Source: Chloroflexota bacterium (GTDB lineage Bacteria > Chloroflexota > UBA11872 > VXOZ01). From it: a stretch of 64,000 bases of DNA. Below the pieces are notes generated by a model. That model made no database searches. It saw only the letters and a list, made by a program, of their open reading frames with translations, and had not been told where the DNA came from. Numbering within the stretch: the first letter of the stretch is position 1; each line of letters opens with the position of its first letter. Made by a program: the position numbers and the translations under genes. Location: the NCBI GenBank assembly GCA_963663275.1, contig OY760183.1, positions 128,001-192,000 on the forward strand, written 5' to 3'. Of this stretch, positions 50,711-60,134 are shown one piece after another.

Positions 50711-51211
50711 ATGAATCGCGATCGCAAGCAGCCGCGCTCCCGCCGGCCGCCTCCCCCGCGGGGCGCCCGCAAGCGGCGCCTGCACCGGGAGGTTTCCGCC
50801 GGCGGCATCGTCTACCGCGAGGAGAACGGCGGTTTGGGCGTGCTGGTGACGCAAAGCAGCGCCCACGACGGCTGGATCTTCCCCAAAGGCCACCTGGAAC
50901 ACGGCGAAACGGCCACCGACGCCGCGCTGCGGGAAGTGAAGGAGGAAACCGGCGTGGACGCCCGCATCGTGGAGCGCGTGGGCGCGATCCGCTACGTCTT
51001 CCGCGCCCGGGGCCGGCAGGTAGCGAAAACCGCCCAGTTCTACCTGATGGAGTACGCCGGCGGCAGGACCAACGACGCCAGTCCCGAGGTGAACGCCGTG
51101 CTGTGGGTGCCGGAAGAGCGGGTGACGAGCACGCTCAGCTTCGCCAACGAGGCCGCGCTCTGGGCTAAGGCGCGAGGTCTGCTACAACAGCGGCGAGCGC
51201 GCTCCGCGTGA
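50711..51211 (+). CDS. NUDIX hydrolase
   Basis: FPKGHLEHGET..DAALREVKEETG Nudix box; 3' end overlaps the convergent tsaC gene. Confidence 0.88.
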   Translation: MNRDRKQPRSRRPPPPRGARKRRLHREVSAGGIVYREENGGLGVLVTQSSAHDGWIFPKGHLEHGETATDAALREVKEETGVDARIVERVGAIRYVFRARGRQVAKTAQFYLMEYAGGRTNDASPEVNAVLWVPEERVTSTLSFANEAALWAKARGLLQQRRARSA

Positions 51212-51794
51212 GCGCCCCTTCACGCAGAATGCGCGCCGGCCGCACTGTGCAGTCTATCACGGTGGAAGGCGCGCTGCCGGCCGCCGGGCCGCCGTCCAGG
51301 ATCAGGTCTACCGCCGCGCCCAATTGCTCCCACACTTCTTGCGCCGTGGTGGCGGACGGCTGGCCGCTGCGGTTGGCGCTGGTGCCGGTGATGGGCACGC
51401 CGGCCGCCGCCAGCAAGGCGCGGCTGGCCGCATGGTCCGGCTGGCGCGCGCCCAGCGTGGTATCGCCGAGCAGCGGCGAGAGTCGCGGCCGCTTGGGCAG
51501 GACGATCGTGAGCGCGCCGGGCCAGAAGGCCGCCATCAGCCGCTCCGCGTCCGGCGAAATGCTTGTGACGAGTTCAGCCAGTTGCGACCGCTCGCCAATG
51601 AGCGCCGGCATGTGCTTCTCTTCCGGCCGCCGCTTGGCCGCCGCCACCTTCTCCGGCGCCCCCGGCAGAAAGACGTTCGCCCCCAACCCGTACACCGTGT
51701 CGGTGGGATAAGCGACGATGCCGCCGCCAAGAATCACGTCCGCCGCGCGCCGGATGGCGGCGGGATCGGATGTGCTGAGAATGCGCTCTTTCAT
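51165..51794 (-). CDS. tsaC: L-threonylcarbamoyladenylate synthase (YrdC/Sua5 family)
   Basis: YPTDTVYGL, K.R, FWPG.LT, TSAN.SG, STVID, ILREG. Confidence 0.9.
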   Translation of the reverse strand: MKERILSTSDPAAIRRAADVILGGGIVAYPTDTVYGLGANVFLPGAPEKVAAAKRRPEEKHMPALIGERSQLAELVTSISPDAERLMAAFWPGALTIVLPKRPRLSPLLGDTTLGARQPDHAASRALLAAAGVPITGTSANRSGQPSATTAQEVWEQLGAAVDLILDGGPAAGSAPSTVIDCTVRPARILREGALTRSALAAVVADLAP

Positions 51795-51933
51795 TGCTCT
51801 TGCGCGAGTGCTTACGCGCCCTTTCAAGCGCCGGCTAAACGCTCACTAAACGCCTTGCAAACGCCCTCGCTTCACAGCCCTCCCTAATTTGTGCCGTTGA
51901 TGGATATTCAAGATTGCCTTTGCCACACCGGTA

Positions 51934-52247
51934 GAGATCTTTGCATAACTCCGTCATACAGGTGAAAGCCCCCCCGGTGTGGGGGCGCAGAATCCAGGGA
52001 GTTCTTACAACTAAAGACAGCATGAAGTCAAGCCATTCCACCGCCATCCCAACCTTCCCTCTCGAGGGCTGACAGGGGTAGGCATTCTACATCCGACTTC
52101 ACGTGTCATTCCGAGCGGAGCGCAGCGGAGAGAGGAATCTAAGGCTTTCGCTGCAAAAACGTCGGTTCTAGATTCCTCGCTCCGCTCGGAATGACACTTG
52201 CCTACCCCTGTCAGCCCTCGAGGGGGAAGGGGCTATGCAAGGGTCTC
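51934..52247. mobile_element. MITE-A with nested MITE-B (52068-52215)
   Basis: GAGATCTTTGCATAAC...GCTATGCAAGGGTCTC; inner CCTCGAGG|GCTGACAGGGGTAGGCA...TGCCTACCCCTGTCAGC|CCTCGAGG. Confidence 0.88.
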
Positions 52248-52265
52248 AGCAAACGCGGGCATCCC

Positions 52266-53126
52266 TCACACCGGCTCGCTCGTCCGGTTGATGCGCGCCA
52301 TGATCTCCGAGAGGCGCGACCAGTTTTGCAGCGTCATGGGAAGCACCAACGCGGATTCAACGAACTCCCACGAATAGCTGATGATAGAGAAGATCCTGCC
52401 GACCGTCACGGCCACGTACGCTGCCGCGAACCAGAGATTGAACACGATCAGTCCCAGCAGCACCGTATAGATCGCGCCGTAGACGTAGGCCTCCGTATCT
52501 GACAGCCTGATCTGGATCCGGCGCAGTCTCTGCAAATAGGAGAGAATGCCCACGGGCGACTGTGATTCCAGAAAGCGGACCTGCTGCTCCGTCTGCTGGT
52601 TATAGGCGGCGTTCAGCCGGTAGAAGCGCTTATGGGAAAGTGCGTAGAATCCGATCATCAGCACGGCGGCCGCGAGCGTTGCCAGGAACAAGACGGGATG
52701 AAAGGCGTACAGCACAATCAGCGCAATAATCAACTGCACCACGGACGCCATCACCGCCGGGGCCTCTTCCTCCAGGAAGTCGACCAGCTCGCGGCTCATC
52801 TCCAGTCTGGCGTTCAGCGTGGAAACCGGTATTCCCGCCGAGCGTCCGGTCAAGGCTTCACCGAGTTTGACCCCGATTGTGCCGTAGACGCGCGTATCGT
52901 ATAAGCGGCGCACGACGCTCACGCCAATCAGCGCGGCCAAGACCCCGGCCAGCCGCAGGAGCGCCGTCGGGTCGTCGGCCAGGAGGCCGTCAATGGCGAG
53001 TCCGATGAGCAACGGCGTAAACGCCGTCAGCGCCGTCTCGCAGAGCATGAGGAACCAGGTCAAGCTGATCGGGCGCAAGAACGTCCGCAGCAGCACGCCA
53101 ATGGTGAGCGGCTGATCCTGCAGCAT
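52266..53126 (-). CDS. Stand-alone ABC six-transmembrane domain protein
   Basis: PLLIG.AID.L, RR.YDTRVY, SRELVDFLE, RLSD.EA; no ATPase domain. Confidence 0.65.
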   Translation of the reverse strand: MLQDQPLTIGVLLRTFLRPISLTWFLMLCETALTAFTPLLIGLAIDGLLADDPTALLRLAGVLAALIGVSVVRRLYDTRVYGTIGVKLGEALTGRSAGIPVSTLNARLEMSRELVDFLEEEAPAVMASVVQLIIALIVLYAFHPVLFLATLAAAVLMIGFYALSHKRFYRLNAAYNQQTEQQVRFLESQSPVGILSYLQRLRRIQIRLSDTEAYVYGAIYTVLLGLIVFNLWFAAAYVAVTVGRIFSIISYSWEFVESALVLPMTLQNWSRLSEIMARINRTSEPV

Positions 53127-53138
53127 GGCGCGCGTTCC

Positions 53139-53957
53139 CTAGGCGTTCAGCACGTGCTTCTCGATAGCCACCGCCACGCCGTCTTCCTCGAACGCGGCGG
53201 TGACGAAGTCCGCCGCCGCCTTCACGCGCGGGGCGCCGTTGCCCATCGCCACGCCGAAGCCGGCGGTGCGCACCAGGCTCAGGTCGTTCAGGTTGTCGCC
53301 AATGCCCATCACCTGCGCCAGCGGCACGTCCAGCGCCTCGGCGAGTTGCGTCAGGGCGCGTCCCTTGTTCACGTCCGGATGAATCGCCTCGGTGTAGTAG
53401 GGGTGGGACTTGGTGATGCCCAGGCGGCCGCCAAAGTGGGCGCTGAGTTCCTCGACCAGGCGGTCGGTCTTGTCTTCATCGAGATTCACCAGCACCAGCT
53501 TGCTGGAGGGATTGTCCGCCAGGAAGTCCGCCAGGTCCGGCACCACGGTGGCCTCCACGTTGGCAATGCGCATGTAGACCTCCGCTTCCGGCGTCAGGGA
53601 TTCCACGTGCAGGCGGTCGTCCACGAAAGCGTTTACCTGGATGCGCCGCGCCCGCGCCAGTTCCACCACCTCCCGCGCCAGCGCCGTGGGCACGGCCAAA
53701 TGGAAAGTCGTCTCGCCGCTCACCGGATGGCGCACCAGCCCGCCCTGGTAGCAAATGAGCGGGGCGGTGATGTTAAGCTCCTGGGCAAAGGGGACCATGG
53801 CCGCGAACATGCGCCCGCTGGCCAGGGTGACCGTCACGCCTTGCGCCTGGGCCGCGGCGATGGCCCGCTTGACGCGCGGCGCGATGGTGAGCCGCTCGTC
53901 GATGAGCGTGCCGTCCAGGTCGATGGCGATCAGCCGGATTTCGCGAGCGGCGCTCAT
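53139..53957 (-). CDS. Cof-type HAD-IIB hydrolase
   Basis: DLDGTL, ASGR, NKG, GDNLND, AMGN. Confidence 0.92.
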   Translation of the reverse strand: MSAAREIRLIAIDLDGTLIDERLTIAPRVKRAIAAAQAQGVTVTLASGRMFAAMVPFAQELNITAPLICYQGGLVRHPVSGETTFHLAVPTALAREVVELARARRIQVNAFVDDRLHVESLTPEAEVYMRIANVEATVVPDLADFLADNPSSKLVLVNLDEDKTDRLVEELSAHFGGRLGITKSHPYYTEAIHPDVNKGRALTQLAEALDVPLAQVMGIGDNLNDLSLVRTAGFGVAMGNGAPRVKAAADFVTAAFEEDGVAVAIEKHVLNA

Positions 53958-54790
53958 GCGTACAGCCCCCGCACGATGTCCATGTTGGCTTGGTCGGGAC
54001 CCTTGTCGTCGAACCCGGGCACTTCCAGCACGGCGCAGGTGTCGCTCAGCGCCTCATGGTTGACGATGTAACGGAACGCTTCCAGCCCGATGTGGCCTTC
54101 GCCGATGTTCTCGTGGCGGTCCCTCTGGGCGTTGAACGGGACTTTGGAGTCGTTGAGGTGGAAGGCGGCCAGACGCTCCAGCCCGAATTCCGCGTCGATT
54201 TCCGCCAGCATGGCGTCGAAGCCCTCCGCCGTCTCCACGTGATAGCCGGAGGCGAAGGCGTGGGCGGTGTCCACGCAGAGCTTGATGCGCTCGTGGTTGC
54301 CGCACGCGCGCAGGATCGTGCCCAGGTCGGCGAAGTTCGAGCCGATGTTGCCGCCGGAACCGGCGCTATTCTCCAGCAGGAGCGGCACGCTGTCCGAGGC
54401 GTCCAGCGCCGCGCCGATGGCGGCCTCGATCCGCGGCAAGGCCTGGTCGAGACCGTCGCCCATGTGGCTGCCGACGTGGGTAATGACGCCGGCGGCGCCA
54501 AGCAAGTCGCCCGTTTGCAGTTGGAACGTGAGCGTCATCACCGACTTTTCGTAGTTTTCCGGCTTGGGCGAGCCGGTGTTGATGAGATACTGGGTGTGGA
54601 AATAGGCGGGCATGGGGGTTTCGGCGTTGGCGGCCTTGTAGGCGGCCACGTGCTCGTCCTTGGGCAGCGCGCGCTGCCAGCCGCGCGGGTTGGCGCTGAA
54701 GATCTGCATGCATTCGCACCCCAGGTCCGCGGCCCGGGCAAACGCGGTGGCAATGCCGCCGGTGGTGCGCACGTGGGCGCCAAGTCGCAT
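53954..54790 (-). CDS. nfo: Endonuclease IV
   Basis: GAHV, H..YLIN, ENSAG, DTAHAF, HLNDSK, DRHENIG. Confidence 0.93.
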   Translation of the reverse strand: MRLGAHVRTTGGIATAFARAADLGCECMQIFSANPRGWQRALPKDEHVAAYKAANAETPMPAYFHTQYLINTGSPKPENYEKSVMTLTFQLQTGDLLGAAGVITHVGSHMGDGLDQALPRIEAAIGAALDASDSVPLLLENSAGSGGNIGSNFADLGTILRACGNHERIKLCVDTAHAFASGYHVETAEGFDAMLAEIDAEFGLERLAAFHLNDSKVPFNAQRDRHENIGEGHIGLEAFRYIVNHEALSDTCAVLEVPGFDDKGPDQANMDIVRGLYA

Positions 54791-54851
54791 AGATGTATCC
54801 CTTCGTGAACGTTACTGGAGGGGAAAGACGGTCGGGCGGTTGACTGTGACC

Positions 54852-54887
54852 ATTATAGCAAAGCCGGAGTTGCGGTGACGCTATAAT
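54852..54887. promoter_or_regulatory. Back-to-back TATAAT -10 boxes for nfo (-) and the AAA/VWA genes (+)
   Basis: Minus strand TGCTATAAT (54852-54860) and plus strand TATAAT (54882-54887) in a GC-rich background. Confidence 0.5.
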
Positions 54888-54949
54888 GTGGAGTGAGGGT
54901 TTGGCCGCCGGCGCCACGGTGGCATTTGCCGGTGGCGGCAAGAGGCGGG

Positions 54950-55240
54950 GATGGCAACCGGTCACGTAGGGGCGGTTCGCGAACCGCCCCTACCGCACGG
55001 CACGATGCGGAGGACGAGCACCCGCCCAACGGGAGCGGCCCGGCCCTCGGGTAGCCCGGCCCTCCGGTAGCGCAGGTTTGTAACCTGCGTCCGTTGCGCT
55101 GGCGGGGGACAAGCACCCGCGCTACGTGTCGTGTTGGAGAATCATAAGGGCGGGAGAGGCAACCGGTCCCCGTAGGGGCGGTTCGCGAACCGCCCCTACC
55201 GCACGGCGCAATGCGGGGGACAAGCCCCCGCGCTACGAAA
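54950..55240. repeat. REP cluster (GTAGGGGCGGTTCGCGAACCGCCCCTAC twice, plus two other families)
   Basis: Perfect palindromes within a duplicated ~55-bp context. Confidence 0.85.
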
Positions 55241-55307
55241 TCTATGCTGAACGGGAAACCATGATGCGATTCCGGGCCTTGAAGGCGCGAAGGAGAGATG
55301 CGGCTAC

Positions 55308-57761
55308 ATGCGGAACATCTTGAGCGGTCTCCTGGGCGGTCGTGACGAGGATGACGTTACGCTAGCGGAACGTCCGGCGCAGCGCGACCCCGCCGACGCC
55401 GGCGGGCTGTTGCGCGACCTGGGCGGCGGCGTACTGCTCTACGAGCATGCGTTCGTCCTCGGCGCCGGCGCCTACCGCCGCCGCCAGCCGCCGCTCTCCC
55501 TGGAACTGGAGCGCGGCGAGGACACGGCCTACGGCGACGTTCCCAGCCAGTTCGACGGCTGGGACGGCGCGCGCAGCTTTGCCGGCGCCGTGCCCCGGGA
55601 GCGCGAGGTCTTTCGCCACTGCACGCCCCGCATGACCGCGACCCTGCGGCAGATGGCGCACGTGTTGCGCGGCGCGTCCGCCAACCCTTCCCTGTTGCTC
55701 ACCGGGCCCACCGGCTGCGGCAAGACGACCCTGGCCAAGACCTTCTGCTACCTGGCAAACGAGCCGTGCGTCGAAATCACGTTCAGCGGCGATACCGCGC
55801 TCAGCGATTTCTACCAGTCGGTGGAGGTCGTCACCCAGGCCGGCAGCCAGGCGCACAGCACGGCCACCGTGCTCGGCCCGGCGGTGGACGCCATGCTCAC
55901 CGGCAAGAAACTGCTGCTCAACGAGGTGAACATCATTCCCCAGGACCTGCTGAGCGTCTTCACCCAGGCGCTGGACGCGCGCCAGGTGACGCTCTCCGGC
56001 AGCGAGTGGGGCAACGTGACCGTGCCGGTGCATCCGCAATTCGGCGTCATCGCCACCGCCAACCCCAACTATACCGGCACGCTGGAAATCGGCGTCACGT
56101 GGGAACGGCGCTTTGGTCACGGCACCGGCAACGTGGCCATGGACTTCCTGCCGCCGGAGGAAGAGGCCGAGGCCGTGGGGCATGAACTGCGGCGCGTGGC
56201 GGCGGTGGCGCAAGTGGGCGCTATGCCGCCAAGCGAGGCGTGCGCGGCGGTGGCCGCGGCGGCCGCGGCACTGCGCAGCCACCCGGAACTCGGCGGCATC
56301 ATGCGCGACCGGGTTTCCACCCGTTCATTGGTGCACTGGCTCAGCGTGTGCGCGCTGACGGGGTTTGCGCTGGCGGCGGTGGCGCGGGACGCCGTCCTCA
56401 CTCTGGCGCCGCCGGAAGCGCGGCAGGAGGCCGCCGACCTCATCGAGAAGACGCTGCGCGGCGTTACCTGGCCGGCCCGCGCCCAGCGCCGGGTGAGCGG
56501 CGTGCTGCTGCCGGAGATCACGGTACCGGAGGAGAGCGTGGTCCCGCTGGCAGGCGTGGCCGAGGCGCGCCTGCCCTTCGCGCCGCCCGCCGACGAAACA
56601 GGCCGGGACGGCGGCCTGGAGCACGAGGTCTACCAGCCGCTGGAAAGCGATGCGCCCGGCGGACAACCGGCGCTGGCGCGTTACCGTTGCACGCTGCCCG
56701 ACGGCGCCCGCCTGGAACTGCGCGAACCGCTCTACACCTGGGACGGCAACCCCATGGCCCTGGGCCTGCGCCTGCGGGCGTGGGATCCAAACGGGTTCGA
56801 GATTACGGAACCGGCGCGGCTGGAGGCGCTGGAGGCGGAGTTGGGCGACACCTACGGCGTCACGGTGCCCCGGCCGATCGGCAACATACCCTCCGGCGGC
56901 GCGGCGCTGCCATGCCTGACCCGCTCCGGTTGGACCGCGCTGCGCCTGCTGGAGGCGGCCCTGGCGCTGGACCGTCCGGTCTATATCAAAGGCCCGCCCG
57001 GCAGCGGCAAGTCGGCGCTGGCGCGCACCCTGGCCCGGCTGCGGCAGACGCCGCTGGTGGAACTCTCGTTTACGGGCGAGACCTCCAAGCACGACCTGCT
57101 CGTCAGCCGCCGCCTGCGCACGGGTGAGACCCAGTGGACGGTGCAGGCCTTCCTGGAAGCGGTGCTGAAGGGCTACCTGGTGCTGGTGAACGACTACAAC
57201 CTGGCCTACTCGGACGTGCACTCGCTCCTGAACAGTCTCTTCGACAAAGGGCGGCGCGTTACGCTGCCGGACGGGCGCACGGTGACGGCGCACCCGGGCT
57301 TTCGTCTGGTTGCCACCGGGCAGCCGGAAGGCCCGGGCGTGAAGCCGCTCAACGAGGGGGTGGAGAATCGCTTCGGCGCGATTCTGGAACTGGCGTACCC
57401 CTCGGCCGGCGAGGAACTGGCAATCCTGGGCAACGTGGGACGCGGCCTGCCCGCGCCCACGCTGCGCGCGGTGGTGGATTTCGTGGGTCAATGCCGCCGC
57501 TGGGCCGCCGGCATGGCGCCCGCGGACGTGGAACAGGAGGCGATCTGGCAGGACGCGGTCTCGCCTGAGTTGATCGCGTCTGTGGCGGCGGCCGGCAACT
57601 GGAGCACGGCGGAACTGGTGGCCCTGGCGCGGGACGCGGACGACGGCGCGGCCCTGGTGGCACGGTTCCAGGAGGGCGTGCTCTCGGCGGCCGCCCCCGC
57701 CACCCGCCGCATCCTGGAGGCGCTGCTGCTGCAATATAACGTGACCACGGAAGCGCCGTAG
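55308..57761 (+). CDS. Tandem double AAA+ (AAA_5/MoxR-CbbQ-like) ATPase
   Basis: Two Walker A motifs (GPTGCGKT, GPPGSGKS), VHPQF..IATANP and AHPGFRLVATGQP, RRF/NRF; RBS AAGGAG. Confidence 0.85.
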   Translation: MRNILSGLLGGRDEDDVTLAERPAQRDPADAGGLLRDLGGGVLLYEHAFVLGAGAYRRRQPPLSLELERGEDTAYGDVPSQFDGWDGARSFAGAVPREREVFRHCTPRMTATLRQMAHVLRGASANPSLLLTGPTGCGKTTLAKTFCYLANEPCVEITFSGDTALSDFYQSVEVVTQAGSQAHSTATVLGPAVDAMLTGKKLLLNEVNIIPQDLLSVFTQALDARQVTLSGSEWGNVTVPVHPQFGVIATANPNYTGTLEIGVTWERRFGHGTGNVAMDFLPPEEEAEAVGHELRRVAAVAQVGAMPPSEACAAVAAAAAALRSHPELGGIMRDRVSTRSLVHWLSVCALTGFALAAVARDAVLTLAPPEARQEAADLIEKTLRGVTWPARAQRRVSGVLLPEITVPEESVVPLAGVAEARLPFAPPADETGRDGGLEHEVYQPLESDAPGGQPALARYRCTLPDGARLELREPLYTWDGNPMALGLRLRAWDPNGFEITEPARLEALEAELGDTYGVTVPRPIGNIPSGGAALPCLTRSGWTALRLLEAALALDRPVYIKGPPGSGKSALARTLARLRQTPLVELSFTGETSKHDLLVSRRLRTGETQWTVQAFLEAVLKGYLVLVNDYNLAYSDVHSLLNSLFDKGRRVTLPDGRTVTAHPGFRLVATGQPEGPGVKPLNEGVENRFGAILELAYPSAGEELAILGNVGRGLPAPTLRAVVDFVGQCRRWAAGMAPADVEQEAIWQDAVSPELIASVAAAGNWSTAELVALARDADDGAALVARFQEGVLSAAAPATRRILEALLLQYNVTTEAP

Positions 57762-57902
57762 CGCGGGGGCTTGTCCCCCGCCTGCATTGCGAACGCAGGT
57801 TACAAACCTGCGCTACCGGACAACCGAACCATCATCGTAGCGCGGGGGCTTGTCCCCCGCATCAGAACGTGCGGTAGGGGCGGTTCGCGAACCGCCCCTA
57901 CG
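57758..57902. repeat. REP cluster between the AAA and VWA genes; first REP overlaps the AAA stop codon
   Basis: CC-GTAG-CGCGGGGGCTTGTCCCCCGC, then three more REPs. Confidence 0.88.
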
Positions 57903-57951
57903 TGGGGCAGTTGCCTCCCACAGTAGTGAGAACGCGATAGTTAGGGGAACC

Positions 57952-59949
57952 ATGGCATCCACCGGAACGGCGAACGCGGCGGCGCGGGCGGAGGCCCGCG
58001 TGCGCGAAACGCGCTACACCCACGGCGAGGTGGTGGCGCTGGCGCGCCTGATCCTGCGCGACGCGCGCCTGAACGTCGTCTCCGGCAGCGAGTGGGCCTA
58101 CATTGCCCGGGGGCGCACCCTGACCTATCCGGCGCGGGTGCTGCACACCTGGCCCGGCACCAGCGTCGTCGGCGCGATCTGCCAGCAGATGGCGGAAGCC
58201 CAGCACACCGGCGAGATGGGCGCGCGGGCGCTCCAGAGCTTTGCCCGCATCGCGCCGCTGGCGTTCGCCGACGTCATGCCGTTCGCCCGCTTCGTGAACG
58301 AACTGCGCGTGAACCGCATGCACCTGGAACGCCGCCCCGGCTCGGCGCGCTTCCTGCGTGCGCTCTATGCCGACAATCCGCAATGGTCGTCGGTCCGGCG
58401 GCGCAGCACCCCCCTGCGGGAGCAGGTGCAGCAGGGCCTGCTGGACCGCTGGCGCGGCGAAGTGTGGCCGGAGAGCGCGGGCGCGCCGGAGATTGGCGGC
58501 ACGGCGCGCCGCTACGTGGACGTGCTCTGGCCCGGCGTGCGCGACGCGCTGCTGCGTGATTCCCTGCCGCAGATGCTGGACGTGCTCTCCCGCCGCATGC
58601 TGCCGCTGCTGGACGACCTGGTGGCGGAAGACGCCCGGCGCGCCCGGGACCGGCCGGAAACCGAACGGCCCACGCCTGAAGAAGACCCCGACGCGGAGGA
58701 TGCGGCCGAGGTTCTGGGAGAACTGCGCATCGAGGCGGGTAACGCCGCCGACGCCGGCTCGTCCGCCAAGCGGGAAGAGACTGGGATGCAGGATCCTGAG
58801 GCCCCCACGGCGGACGCCGACCCGGTGCCGGCTTCCCCGGAAGAAGACGGCGGCCCGGCCAAAGTGGAGGGCGGCCCCAACGAGCAGTCCGAGTTGCGCC
58901 AGGACGACGACCCGGCCGCGCGGCGGCGCGACCGCCCGCAAGGCCCGCCGCGCCTGATCGACCCGCGCATGTTCAAGGCGCGGCCCGGCGCGCTCAATCC
59001 CATGCCGCGCACCATCGTGCAGGGCCTCGGCGCGCGGCCGGCCGCGCCCAAGACGGACTACGAAAACTTCGACTACCGCGCGGCCGCGCGGCGGCTGGAA
59101 CCGGCGATCCGCCGCTCGCTGGACGGCGAGGCCGGCCGGCGGGGTCTCAAGGAGATCATGATGCGCCGCCGCTTTGGCACGGTGGAACCGGGGCGGCGCC
59201 CCCGCCGCCGGCGCGGCGGCGACAGCGGCGAAATCGATACCGACCACGTGGAACGCCTGGTGGTCGCGCCGGAACAGGCCTTTCTCAAGGGCGTGCGCGC
59301 GCCCCGGGCGGACCACCAGAAGGACTTTGCCGCAATCATCCTGATGGACGTCAGCGGCAGCATGGTGGCGAAAGGCTACTCCACGCGCAAGTTCGACCAC
59401 ACCGTGGACGCCGCCATCATCTTCTCCGAAATCCACGAGCGGCTGCGCATCCCCTACCAGATGATGGCGTTCTCCGAGGAGGTCTGGAACCTGCGCGCGT
59501 TCGACGAATGCCGGTTCGCGACCCAGGTGGTGGCCAACGAGCGCACCTACACGCCGCCGGACCTGAGCGGCGTCTTCCGCGCGATGTACGAGCAGCCCCA
59601 CAAGAAGACGGACGACGCCGGCGCTCTGCGCCAGGCGGTGGCGGACGTGCAGCAGCAGAAGGGATTCAAGACTATACTGGTCTTAACCGACGGCATCTCG
59701 TCCAACCGGCGCAAACTGCAAGAGGTGCTGCTGGGCGTGGAACGGCGCAACGGCATGATGAGCGCCGGCGACGGCCTGGGTATCATCGTGTTTGGCATCG
59801 GCGTGCCCGGCGACGCGCTGCATGAGTCCTACGTGGGACAGGCCGGCGGCAAATTCCTGCGCTGCCTGCAAACGGTGGTGGTTCCCGACGTGGCGCGGCT
59901 GCCGCGCATGATACAGACGACGATCGAGCGCCGCATTCGCGGCGTATGA
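57952..59949 (+). CDS. VWA (MIDAS) domain protein, CobT/NorD/CbbO-like architecture
   Basis: Helical N-domain, acidic low-complexity linker, DVSGSM, T, LTDG, IVFGIG. Confidence 0.82.
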   Translation: MASTGTANAAARAEARVRETRYTHGEVVALARLILRDARLNVVSGSEWAYIARGRTLTYPARVLHTWPGTSVVGAICQQMAEAQHTGEMGARALQSFARIAPLAFADVMPFARFVNELRVNRMHLERRPGSARFLRALYADNPQWSSVRRRSTPLREQVQQGLLDRWRGEVWPESAGAPEIGGTARRYVDVLWPGVRDALLRDSLPQMLDVLSRRMLPLLDDLVAEDARRARDRPETERPTPEEDPDAEDAAEVLGELRIEAGNAADAGSSAKREETGMQDPEAPTADADPVPASPEEDGGPAKVEGGPNEQSELRQDDDPAARRRDRPQGPPRLIDPRMFKARPGALNPMPRTIVQGLGARPAAPKTDYENFDYRAAARRLEPAIRRSLDGEAGRRGLKEIMMRRRFGTVEPGRRPRRRRGGDSGEIDTDHVERLVVAPEQAFLKGVRAPRADHQKDFAAIILMDVSGSMVAKGYSTRKFDHTVDAAIIFSEIHERLRIPYQMMAFSEEVWNLRAFDECRFATQVVANERTYTPPDLSGVFRAMYEQPHKKTDDAGALRQAVADVQQQKGFKTILVLTDGISSNRRKLQEVLLGVERRNGMMSAGDGLGIIVFGIGVPGDALHESYVGQAGGKFLRCLQTVVVPDVARLPRMIQTTIERRIRGV

Positions 59950-60134
59950 ATGAGAAATCATTCGGTCCGGTAGCCGTTCGCGGTGAGCACGTCGAACCGT
60001 GAACGACCCTTCGACAGGCTCAGGGCGGACGGGGAAGTAGGTTTGGGGCGAACGGAGGAGCAGGTCTGGGGCGAACGGATGACACTACGTGGCAGAATCT
60101 TTGCAAACATCCTCTGGGTGAAAAGGAGTGTGCG

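Noticed and set aside
51165-51211. 47-bp convergent overlap of NUDIX and tsaC
   Set aside because: Short 3' overlaps are common in high-GC genomes; both domains are complete
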